Positions 16,225-24,322 of a DNA stretch of 26,730 bases are shown here, piece by piece; the stretch's first letter is position 1, and each line of letters begins with the position of its first letter. The notes below the pieces were generated by a model, which was not told the origin of the DNA, searched no databases, and was given only the letters and a program-made list of their open reading frames with translations. The stretch comes from an uncultured bacterium. GTDB lineage: Bacteria; Verrucomicrobiota; Kiritimatiellia; RFP12; UBA1067. The translations under genes were made by a program, and so were the position numbers. The stretch is taken from contig CAMIVJ010000001.1 of assembly GCA_946401765.1 (NCBI GenBank), positions 1 through 26,730 of the forward strand, given 5' to 3'.

Positions 16225-16245
16225 GCGGGGCGGGTTTGATATACT
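16217..16245 (+). promoter_or_regulatory. Sigma70-type promoter
   Basis: TTGCAA (16217-16222) -N17- TATACT (16240-16245) with TG extension; AAGAGGA SD before ATG 16278. Confidence 0.78.
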
Positions 16246-16277
16246 CTTCCCGATTCATTTAAGAGGATTCGTGTGAT

Positions 16278-17183
16278 ATGCTGCTTGAAGTCAAAAACCT
16301 TAGAATCGCGTTCCATCTGGAGGGACGCGAGACAGTGCCGGTGAGGGACGTCTCGTTTTCCGTGCCAGAGCACGGGCGCGTGGCCATCGTGGGAGAATCG
16401 GGCTGCGGCAAGTCGCTAACGGCGCTTTCGCTCGCGCGTCTCTCGCCCACCGATCGCGCATACATTTCTGGCGAGACGAAGTTCTCCGGACGCATCGCGT
16501 ACGTTTTCCAGAACCCCAGCGACTCACTCAATCCCGTGATGCGAATCGCCGAGCAGATACGCGAGGCCCTGCCCAAGAACATGCCCAAGAAGGAGCAGAA
16601 CGCGCGCATCATCGAGCTTCTCGCGCGCACCGGCCTGCCAGACCCCGCACGCGCCGCCCACGCCTATCCGTGCGAGCTCTCCGGCGGACAGCAGCAGCGC
16701 TGCATGATAGCGATGGCGCTCGCCGCCACGCCGGATCTTCTTGTGGCGGACGAGCCCACGACGGCCCTTGACGTGACCACGCAGAAGCAGGTGCTCGAGC
16801 TCATCGACTCGCTCGCCGCCGAAACCGGGATGGCCGTGCTGCTCATCACCCACAATCTCGGCCTCGTGGCGGGCAGAATGGACGAGGTGAACGTGATGTA
16901 TGCCGGGCGCATAGTGGAGAGCGGTCCCGTTCTCGAGGTGCTTTCGAGTCCGCGGCATCCGTACACCAAGGGCCTGCTCGCGGCCGTGCCTGCGCTCGAC
17001 GCGCCACGCGACGCGCCGCTTGCCGACATTCCCGGCACGGTGCCCCCGCCCGACGCCTGGCCTGACGGCTGCGCGTTCTGGCCGCGCTGCGCCTCCGTGC
17101 AGAAGCGCTGCAGCAAGGAGCAGCCGCCCGAGTGCGTCAAGGACGGCCGCCGCTGCGCCTGCTGGGCCGTGTCGCCGCAGTGA
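16278..17183 (+). CDS. Oligopeptide/dipeptide ABC transporter ATP-binding protein (OppD/DppD-like)
   Basis: Walker A GESGCGKS, Q-loop VFQNP, LSGGQQQR, Walker B VADEPTTALD, ITHNL, HPYT, Cys-rich C-terminus. Confidence 0.93.
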   Translation: MLLEVKNLRIAFHLEGRETVPVRDVSFSVPEHGRVAIVGESGCGKSLTALSLARLSPTDRAYISGETKFSGRIAYVFQNPSDSLNPVMRIAEQIREALPKNMPKKEQNARIIELLARTGLPDPARAAHAYPCELSGGQQQRCMIAMALAATPDLLVADEPTTALDVTTQKQVLELIDSLAAETGMAVLLITHNLGLVAGRMDEVNVMYAGRIVESGPVLEVLSSPRHPYTKGLLAAVPALDAPRDAPLADIPGTVPPPDAWPDGCAFWPRCASVQKRCSKEQPPECVKDGRRCACWAVSPQ

Positions 17184-17223
17184 CGGCGCTGATCGATCGT
17201 CCGGCGAAGAAGGATGACCTGCC

Positions 17224-18537
17224 GTGAGGGAGCGCCTGGCAAGCAGACTCGGATTCCTTATGCTGGCTGCGGGTTCCGCCGTGGGCCTGGGCAACGTGTG
17301 GCGCTTTCCGTACATAGTGGGTCAGAACGGCGGCGCGGCGTTCGTATTGGTGTATCTTGCCTTTCTCGCCTTGCTGGGCTTTCCGCTTCTAGTGGCGGAG
17401 CTTGGCATAGGGCGCGGGGCGAACCGAAGCCTCGCGGCGGCGCTGCGCGAACTGGCGCCGCCGGCGCATGCGAGATGGTGGGGGAGGCTGGGCGCAGCGC
17501 TCGCGAGCGGCTGCTTCGTATTGATGATATACTACACCGACGTCGCGGGATGGATACTCAAGTACACGGCTGACTACGCGTGTGCGCGTCCGCCAGCCGA
17601 TCCCGGCGCGGCCTTTGGCGCGCTTTCGTCGAACGTGGGCATTTGCGCAGCGTACATGCTGGCCGCGGTCGCCGTGGCGGCGGCAGTGTGCCTTGCCGGC
17701 GTCGTTAAGGGCGTTGAGAGGGTGACGAAGTTCATGATGGTGAGCCTTCTTGTGCTCTTGGGGGCTCTCGCCGCGCGGGCTGTGGTTCTGCCGGGTGCGG
17801 CCGAGGGGCTTGCCTTCTACCTCAGGCCAGACTGGTCGCGCTTCATGGCGCATCCCTGGAGCTCTGTCTTCGACGCGATGGGGCAGGCGTTCTTCACGCT
17901 GTCGCTGGGCATAGGCTCGATGACGATATGCGGCAGCTACGTGGGGCGCGAGCATTCGCTCGTGAAGGAGACCGCCCTCATTATCGCGATAGACACCGTG
18001 GTGGCCATCCTCGCGGGACTTGTGATCTTCCCTGCCTGCTCCGCGTTCGGAATCGCCTACACTGCAGGTCAGGGGCTCATATTCGTGGCGCTTCCGAAGG
18101 TGTTTGCGCAGATGCCGGGCGGAGTGTTCTGGGGCTTTCTGTTCTTTCTTTTTCTCGCGTTTGCCGCGCTCACCACGGTGATCGCAGTTTTCGAGTGCCT
18201 GATAGCGGGGCTGATGGACTCGCTTGGCATGCGCCGCGCGGCGGCGACTGCGGTGGTGGCGGCAGCGGTGGCGGCTTTGTCGATGCCGTGCGTGCTGTTT
18301 GACGGCGTTCTGAAGTGGGAGGATTTCGCCGTGAGCCAGATATGGCTGCCGCTGGGCGCGCTGGCGCAGGGGCTGTTCGTGGTGAACGGCAGGATCGGCT
18401 GGGGATGGCGGGCCTTCAGGGAGTCGGTCTCCGAAGGAAGCGGGCCTGGGATGCCTGGATGGATGAAGTGGCACTACACGATCGTCATCCCCGTACTGGT
18501 GCTTATCGTGATGCTAGCCGGTCTCCTCCGCGGCTGA
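17224..18537 (+). CDS. Sodium-dependent transporter, neurotransmitter:sodium symporter (NSS/SNF) family
   Basis: GSAVGLGNVWRFPY, NGGAAF, GVERV, AMGQAFFTLSLG, GLIFVALP, FAALTT; GTG start 9 nt after AGGA. Confidence 0.93.
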   Translation: MRERLASRLGFLMLAAGSAVGLGNVWRFPYIVGQNGGAAFVLVYLAFLALLGFPLLVAELGIGRGANRSLAAALRELAPPAHARWWGRLGAALASGCFVLMIYYTDVAGWILKYTADYACARPPADPGAAFGALSSNVGICAAYMLAAVAVAAAVCLAGVVKGVERVTKFMMVSLLVLLGALAARAVVLPGAAEGLAFYLRPDWSRFMAHPWSSVFDAMGQAFFTLSLGIGSMTICGSYVGREHSLVKETALIIAIDTVVAILAGLVIFPACSAFGIAYTAGQGLIFVALPKVFAQMPGGVFWGFLFFLFLAFAALTTVIAVFECLIAGLMDSLGMRRAAATAVVAAAVAALSMPCVLFDGVLKWEDFAVSQIWLPLGALAQGLFVVNGRIGWGWRAFRESVSEGSGPGMPGWMKWHYTIVIPVLVLIVMLAGLLRG

Positions 18538-18571
18538 GACCGCTTTGGCAATGGTGTGCGGGCGGAGGATT

Positions 18572-18580
18572 TGGTATAAT
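18572..18580 (+). promoter_or_regulatory. Extended -10 promoter
   Basis: TGGTATAAT at 18572-18580, upstream of an AAAGGAG SD and ATG 18608; no clear -35. Confidence 0.65.
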
Positions 18581-18607
18581 TTGAGTTGAGAAGTGAAAGG
18601 AGCTCTA

Positions 18608-20116
18608 ATGAGAATCAAGACGTTGGCAATCGTGGCGTGCCTTGCTGCGCTGCATGTCTCCGCGGCGAACAAGTATCAGACGTTCGAATGGGAGAAGAAG
18701 TCGTTCGTGCCGTTCGACGCGGCGACGACTGTGACGCTGGAATGTCCCGATCCCGCAGCCGCCGGATGGCTCAGCGCGCACTACGCAGAATGGTACGGAA
18801 AGGCGGCGCCGAAGGTGGTTGCCGGCGCGACTGGTCTCAAGCCGGAGAATGGCGACGAGGCGTATGCGGCCTCGGTTGACGAGTCGGGCGTGAAGATCGC
18901 GGCGAACGCGCTTGCCGGCACGCGCTGGGCCTCATACACGCTGCGCCAGCTCGCAATAGCGAAGCGCGGCACCGTCAAGGCGGAAGGGCATCTCCTGCCG
19001 AAGCTGAAGATCACGGACCGTCCGCACCTCGCGTTCCGCGCCGTTCACCTGTGCTGGTTCCCGGAGGTGCGTCCGCAGCAGATGGAGCGCGCGATCCGCC
19101 TTGCGGCGCTTCTCAAGTTCAACTACGCGATCATCGAGCCGTGGGGAATGTACGAGAGCAAGAAGCATCCGTGGTGGCACTGGCCCAATCCCACGATGAC
19201 GCAGGCGGAGGTGCGCCGCCTCGTGGCGATCGGAAAGGACATCGGCATCACGCTCATCCCGCAGATCAACTGCTACGGGCACGCCTCGTCGTCGCGCGGA
19301 TGCACGATCAAGCACAGCGTGCTCGACTTCCACCCCGAGTACGAGCCGCTTTTCGAGCCGGCTCCGCGGGAGTCGGTCAACGGAAACCTGGACTGGGATG
19401 GATGGTGCTGGTGCATCTCCAACCCGGAGACGCAGCGCGTCATCAGGGAGCTGATCGCCGAGATGCACGAGAACTTCGGCAATCCGCCGTTCTTCCACAT
19501 CGGCTGCGACGAGGCGTTCGGCGCGCAGACGTGCCCCGAATGCGTCAAGACGCCTCACGCGGAGTTGGCGCTGAGGCACTTCACCGGGCTTGCGGAGTTC
19601 ATCCGGTCGCGCGGGGCGAGGGCGATGATGTGGCATGACATGCTGCTCGACAAGTCCGACCCCCGCTGGAAGGGATTCATCAAGTTCGGCGGCAAGCACG
19701 CGACGGAGATACTCGACGGACTTCCCAAGGACGTCGTCATCTGCGACTGGCAGTACTGGAATGCCACCAAGGACAAGGACGGCAAGCCCTGGCCGACGAT
19801 CACGTACTTCAAGGAGAAGGGCTTCCCCGTGGCGGGATGCCCGTGGATGAACGACGGCGTAATGACGTCGATGGCCAACCACATCGCCGCGATCGGCGGC
19901 TTCGGGTTCATCGAGACCACCTGGCACCACCTGCGCGGATCCGATTGGGAGAAGATGTACAAGTGGGGCGCGTATGCCGCCTGGGGCTCGCCTGTCTCGC
20001 ACGACGTCTCGTTCCAGAGGTCGCTGCGCCTCGTCGGCAACGACATGAAGGTGACGGACTACCGCGACACCGGCTACCTCAACCATCAGGTGCCGCCTGC
20101 ATGGTGGGCGCGCTGA
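18608..20116 (+). CDS. Exported glycoside hydrolase family 20 (beta-N-acetylhexosaminidase-like), 502 aa
   Basis: Signal peptide; GH20 domain-2-like region ending ITDRPHLAFRAVHL; IPQINCYGH; FHIGCDEA catalytic pair; MMWHDML, ICDWQY. Confidence 0.8.
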   Translation: MRIKTLAIVACLAALHVSAANKYQTFEWEKKSFVPFDAATTVTLECPDPAAAGWLSAHYAEWYGKAAPKVVAGATGLKPENGDEAYAASVDESGVKIAANALAGTRWASYTLRQLAIAKRGTVKAEGHLLPKLKITDRPHLAFRAVHLCWFPEVRPQQMERAIRLAALLKFNYAIIEPWGMYESKKHPWWHWPNPTMTQAEVRRLVAIGKDIGITLIPQINCYGHASSSRGCTIKHSVLDFHPEYEPLFEPAPRESVNGNLDWDGWCWCISNPETQRVIRELIAEMHENFGNPPFFHIGCDEAFGAQTCPECVKTPHAELALRHFTGLAEFIRSRGARAMMWHDMLLDKSDPRWKGFIKFGGKHATEILDGLPKDVVICDWQYWNATKDKDGKPWPTITYFKEKGFPVAGCPWMNDGVMTSMANHIAAIGGFGFIETTWHHLRGSDWEKMYKWGAYAAWGSPVSHDVSFQRSLRLVGNDMKVTDYRDTGYLNHQVPPAWWAR

Positions 20117-20132
20117 TTTGTCAAAGAGCGGC

Positions 20133-20161
20133 TTGCCCGTGGGCGCGTGATTTGATATAAT
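20133..20161 (+). promoter_or_regulatory. Sigma70-type promoter for the rnhC-motor operon
   Basis: TTGCCC (20133-20138) -N17- TATAAT (20156-20161) with TG extension. Confidence 0.78.
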
Positions 20162-20227
20162 TCACGGCACCATGTTCCGAATCAGCCGGGAGATGGCAGA
20201 GGAGATCGGCCAAGCGCGACGAACAAG

Positions 20228-21334
20228 ATGCCAGAGCAGAAGACATGCTACACTTTTGAACTCGACGAGGGGCAGCAGGAGAAGTTCCTGGGGCTCATCG
20301 CCGGGGGGTGCTATCGTCCGCGCAAGGTGCCCTACGCGCTGGCCGCTGCCGAGGGCGATGGATTCAACTGCGCGCTGTACGAGAAGGTGAAGCACGGCAG
20401 GCGCAAGCTGTGCGTGCAGGGCTCCAAGGCGCAGGACTTCGTGGAGTTCTTCCTGGAGCCTGGCGGAGTGGTGCCGGTGACGATGGGCGGGGGCATGGCC
20501 GATCCCACGGCGCCCGGCGTGGAGGCGGCGCACGGCGCGCACGCGGGAAGCGACGAGTCGGGGAAGGGCGACTACTTCGGTCCGCTCGCCGTGGCGTGCT
20601 GCTATGTTGACGACGCGCTCGCCGAGGAGATGCGCAAGATGCGCGTTGTGTGGTACGACTCGCGCGACGTGAAGCACGTGGACGAAGGGGGCGTGCGCGA
20701 CTGCAAGCTCATCTCGAACAACGTCGTGCTCATGCGCATGGCCACGATGATACGCAGCCTTCTGGGCGAGACGCGCTACGCCATGGTGAAGATCGGCCCG
20801 GCCGCGTACAACCGCCTCTACGCGAAGATGCGCAACGTGAACCGTCTGCTCGCATGGGCGCACGGCACGTGCATAGAGGAGCTTCTCGAGAAGCAGCCGT
20901 CGTGTCCGCTCGTGGTGGTGGACCAGTTCGCGCCCACCGAGGCCACCATCAAGCGCGCCCTCAAGACGCGCGGCAAGGCGGTGACGGTGGAGCAGCGCCA
21001 CAGGGCCGAAAGCTACTCGATGGCCGTGGCGGCGGCATCCGTGCTCGCGCGCGACGCGTTTCTGCGCTCGCTCTGCGACATGGCGCACGACGTCGACCCC
21101 TCTGCGCAGGTTCCGCTGGGCGTGGTGCCCATCGGCAGCAGCGACCCGCGCGTGCGCGAGCTCGCCGAGCAGATGACGCGCGCGCACGGCCCCACGTGGC
21201 TGATGAACCACTGCAAGGCGCATTTCCAGACTACGGACAAGGTTCTTGCCGCCTGCGGCAAGTCCAGACAGGATCTTCCGCCGGAAGGCCAGGTGGCCTC
21301 GGCGGTCAAAAACGGAGAGTATTCAAATGGTTGA
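20228..21334 (+). CDS. rnhC: Ribonuclease HIII
   Basis: N-terminal TBP-like domain (ALYEK..KLCVQG); GSDESGKGDYFGPL, YNRLY, LLAWAH, VDQF, RAES, VAAASVLAR, KAHFQT. Confidence 0.92.
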   Translation: MPEQKTCYTFELDEGQQEKFLGLIAGGCYRPRKVPYALAAAEGDGFNCALYEKVKHGRRKLCVQGSKAQDFVEFFLEPGGVVPVTMGGGMADPTAPGVEAAHGAHAGSDESGKGDYFGPLAVACCYVDDALAEEMRKMRVVWYDSRDVKHVDEGGVRDCKLISNNVVLMRMATMIRSLLGETRYAMVKIGPAAYNRLYAKMRNVNRLLAWAHGTCIEELLEKQPSCPLVVVDQFAPTEATIKRALKTRGKAVTVEQRHRAESYSMAVAAASVLARDAFLRSLCDMAHDVDPSAQVPLGVVPIGSSDPRVRELAEQMTRAHGPTWLMNHCKAHFQTTDKVLAACGKSRQDLPPEGQVASAVKNGEYSNG

Positions 21335-22055
21335 GTTTTTCGCAAATTCGCTAGTGAGCGGATATTTCCAGTCGAGCGCGATGGGCCGCGGCATAGTGCT
21401 CATACAGCTGCTCGGCAGCGTTGTGATGTACACGATGATCATCGGCAAGTGGAGAGAGCTGCGCGGCATGGACACCGCCACCAAGCGCGTCACGCGCGAC
21501 GTGATGGGCGCGCGCAGCGTGCTGGACCACTACATCCAGCGCAAGGAGAACGGCCACTCGCCGATCGAGAACATCTACTGGTGCACCTGCGACCGCCTGC
21601 TCAGGCAGCTCACGCCCGACGTTCGGTCTCTTCTGCTGGGGCGCGATCCAGACCGTGCCAACGCGGCGCTCACGAAGCACGAGATGGGACTAGTGAAGTC
21701 GCTCGCCGAACACGCGCTTGAAGAAGAGACCATACGCGTTGAGAGGGGCATGGGCGTGATCGCGACGGTTGTAGCGCTCGCCCCGATGCTCGGCCTCCTC
21801 GGCACCGTGTGGGGCGTCTTGGACGCCTTTGCCGACATGGGCGCGGCAGGCAGCGCCACCATCGCCACGATGGCGCCGGCAATCTCGTCCGCCCTCGTGA
21901 CCACCGTCGTCGGCCTCATCATCGCAATCCCCGGCGTCGGCATCCACAACTGGCTCGGCGCCAAGGTGCGCGGCATCGTGACTTCCATGGAGGGATTCGT
22001 GGACGACTTCATGGGACGCATCGGACTCGAGTTCCAGGAGGGGAGAGCAGTCTGA
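21327..22055 (+). CDS. MotA/TolQ/ExbB proton-channel protein (242 aa; ATG 21327)
   Basis: N-terminal TM segment, LAPMLGLLGTVWGVLDAF, ALVTTVVGLIIAIP; 8-nt overlap with the rnhC end. Confidence 0.92.
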   Translation: MVEFFANSLVSGYFQSSAMGRGIVLIQLLGSVVMYTMIIGKWRELRGMDTATKRVTRDVMGARSVLDHYIQRKENGHSPIENIYWCTCDRLLRQLTPDVRSLLLGRDPDRANAALTKHEMGLVKSLAEHALEEETIRVERGMGVIATVVALAPMLGLLGTVWGVLDAFADMGAAGSATIATMAPAISSALVTTVVGLIIAIPGVGIHNWLGAKVRGIVTSMEGFVDDFMGRIGLEFQEGRAV

Positions 22056-22471
22056 TGAGCCGCAGAGGCAGATATTCCAGCCGCACCGGCGGCTCGAAGG
22101 CGTCGATCGACATGAACTCGCTCATCGACCTCACGTTCCTTCTGCTCGTCACGTTCATGCTCACAATCCCCGCGCTCGAGCAGGGCGTGACCATCATGCT
22201 GCCGCGCGCTAAGACCGACACCCTCCCCAGCAAGAACGCCAAGGCGAACGTGATCACAGTGGACGTAAACCACCGCGTGTTCATGAACAACGTGCCCATC
22301 ACGCTTGAAGATCTCAGGAAGGATCTCCAGGCCAAGGTCGCCGCCGATCCCGACGTGCCCGTGCATGTGCGCGGCGATGAACGCCTTGAATACGGCGCGG
22401 TTATGGACGTGGTGAAGATCGTGTACGACTGCCATGTGCGGAAGATGGCCCTCGTCACGCAGGAGAAGTAG
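22055..22471 (+). CDS. ExbD/TolR family protein (138 aa; ATG 22055)
   Basis: IDMNSLIDLTFLLLVTFML with the essential TM Asp, LPRA, VRGDERLEYGAVMDVV; TGATG overlap. Confidence 0.92.
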   Translation: MSRRGRYSSRTGGSKASIDMNSLIDLTFLLLVTFMLTIPALEQGVTIMLPRAKTDTLPSKNAKANVITVDVNHRVFMNNVPITLEDLRKDLQAKVAADPDVPVHVRGDERLEYGAVMDVVKIVYDCHVRKMALVTQEK

Positions 22472-22492
22472 CAGGGCCGGAGGCGCGTCACC

Positions 22493-23335
22493 ATGTACGA
22501 AAGCGTTGCAAAGTCCGGACCTTTCACCACGCGCGCGCTGGTGTGTTCCATCGTCTTCCATGTCGGGCTGCTAGGCTTCTTCTGGATAATGGGAATGATC
22601 GTGACCCGCAAGCCGGATGTGATAATTCCCATCGACATGACGGTTGTGCCGCCATGGGCCGAACAGACCGACGATCCCAATCCGGATCCCAACCCACCTC
22701 CGCCCAAGCAGGAGGAACTGCCGAAGCCTACGCCGCCGCCGCCAGAAGTGAAGCCGCCAGACCCAAAGGTAGAGGCCGTGGAGAAGTTTGTGGAAAAGCC
22801 TAAACCCAAGACTCCGGAAAAGCCGAAGCCGAAGGAGAAGGTCGATCTTCGCATAGGTGCCAAGTTGATCAACAAGCCCGTTCCCGCTCCACAGCCAGTT
22901 GATCTGCGGAAGGGGGCCATAAAGGTCGACCCGCCGAAAATCATCAAGAAGTATGGCAGCGCCACAGCGAAGGACAAGCCGCTCTCGCCGGAAGAGTTCA
23001 TGCGCCTCATGAACCAGGGCTACCGCATAGGAGCCGAGAATCAGATTGCGCAAAACGAAGTGCAGCGCTGCTTGAGCATCATCCAGCGCGTCATCCAGAC
23101 GGAGTGCGACAAGGAGCATGTCAACTGGGCAGGCGTGCAGTCCCCCATTCTTGATCTTGCGTTCGGAAATGGCGGGCGGCTGACGCGATACGGGATTCAC
23201 ACCTCAAGCGGCGATCCAAACTTGGATCGGGTGGTCTTGAACGCGCTGAGCCGCATAGGCTCCATTCCCGGGCTTTCCACCACATTCCTCGACAGCGTCA
23301 AGGACGGAATCCTGCTGAAGGTCAAGGCGCAGTAG
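22493..23335 (+). CDS. TonB/TolA-like energy transducer
   Basis: N-terminal TM with S-x3-H (SIVFH), Pro/Lys-rich linker, C-terminal domain with SSGDPNLDRVVLNAL. Confidence 0.82.
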   Translation: MYESVAKSGPFTTRALVCSIVFHVGLLGFFWIMGMIVTRKPDVIIPIDMTVVPPWAEQTDDPNPDPNPPPPKQEELPKPTPPPPEVKPPDPKVEAVEKFVEKPKPKTPEKPKPKEKVDLRIGAKLINKPVPAPQPVDLRKGAIKVDPPKIIKKYGSATAKDKPLSPEEFMRLMNQGYRIGAENQIAQNEVQRCLSIIQRVIQTECDKEHVNWAGVQSPILDLAFGNGGRLTRYGIHTSSGDPNLDRVVLNALSRIGSIPGLSTTFLDSVKDGILLKVKAQ

Positions 23336-23387
23336 CTCGGCGCGCCCCTCTAGGCCGTGGCGGCTTCCATTCGACATGCCGTTCCAG

Positions 23388-23417
23388 TTGCGGGGAAGGC
23401 TAGAGCTATGGTATAAT
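23388..23417 (+). promoter_or_regulatory. Sigma70-type promoter, probably leaderless
   Basis: TTGCGG (23388-23393) -N18- TATAAT (23412-23417) with TG extension; ATG 6 nt downstream. Confidence 0.7.
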
Positions 23418-23423
23418 GACTGC

Positions 23424-24293
23424 ATGAGGCAAAAAGGATTTTTCAAGATGTTCGCTGCCGCGAAGGCGGCGCCCTTCGTCGCGCTCGTCGCATGTGCGGC
23501 GGGAGGATGGGCGTGCCAGCGGGGAGGTGCGGCGCGCGCGGCCGAGGTCACGGCGGCGCCGTCTCCCGCGGCGGAGATGATCGTGGCGGGCCTCGGAGGA
23601 TTCCGGGGAATCGCGGCGGAGGTGGTGTGGTTCCGCGCCGACCGCCTTCAGGACGAAGGGCGCTACGCCGAGCTCGCGCAGCTTGCAGCGTGGCTCACGT
23701 TTCTCGAGCCGCACACTCCTGAGGTGTGGGCGTACACGGCGTGGAACCTCGCGTACAACGTGTCCGTGATGATGCCCACCCACGCCGCCCGCTGGCGCTG
23801 GGTTGATGCCGGGCTCAAGCTGCTGCGCGACGACGGCCTTCACCTGAACCCCGGCGACCCCGTGCTCTACAAGGAGCTGGCGTGGATGTTCCTGCTCAAG
23901 CTGGGCGGTCCGCTCGACGAGGCAGGCGGCTACTACCGCGCGCAGTGGAAGGCGATCGTGGAGGGCTACGAGAAGACGGGAGAGCTCGAGAAGATCGGGC
24001 TCGAGAAGGCGCGCATGGACGCGGTGGACGCCGAGTACGGCCGTCAGGACTGGACCCATCCCTACGCGAGCGCGCTCTACTGGGCGGCTCGCGGCCTTGA
24101 GAGCGCCCGCAAGCTCCAGCACCGCGCCGAGCTCCGGCAGGTGATATATCAGACGCTCATGATGGAGACGCGCAGCGAAGAGCGCTTCGCGGCGAGGGCG
24201 CTCAAGGAGATGCGCACGGCGTACGCGGAGAGACCCTCCGAGATGCTGCTTCAGATAATGGTGAAGTTCAAGGAGACGCACGGGCTGGACTAG
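23424..24293 (+). CDS. Hypothetical all-helical (TPR-like) protein with a hydrophobic N-terminus (289 aa; ATG 23424 preferred)
   Basis: Codon pattern like the neighbouring genes; own promoter; LGGFRG..., WNLAYNVSV, RWRWV..G..LL..G...NP...LY.ELAW recall a family I associate with PVC genomes (unverified). Confidence 0.7.
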   Translation: MRQKGFFKMFAAAKAAPFVALVACAAGGWACQRGGAARAAEVTAAPSPAAEMIVAGLGGFRGIAAEVVWFRADRLQDEGRYAELAQLAAWLTFLEPHTPEVWAYTAWNLAYNVSVMMPTHAARWRWVDAGLKLLRDDGLHLNPGDPVLYKELAWMFLLKLGGPLDEAGGYYRAQWKAIVEGYEKTGELEKIGLEKARMDAVDAEYGRQDWTHPYASALYWAARGLESARKLQHRAELRQVIYQTLMMETRSEERFAARALKEMRTAYAERPSEMLLQIMVKFKETHGLD

Positions 24294-24322
24294 GCGTCCA
24301 CCACCCGTGTCCGCGCAACATC

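Noticed and set aside
20165-20227. tRNA or known ncRNA in the rnhC leader
   Set aside because: No cloverleaf, T-loop or CCA; only a 4-bp stem.
22660-22920. Repetitive DNA in the TonB/TolA-like gene
   Set aside because: Explained by the Pro/Lys-rich linker typical of the family.
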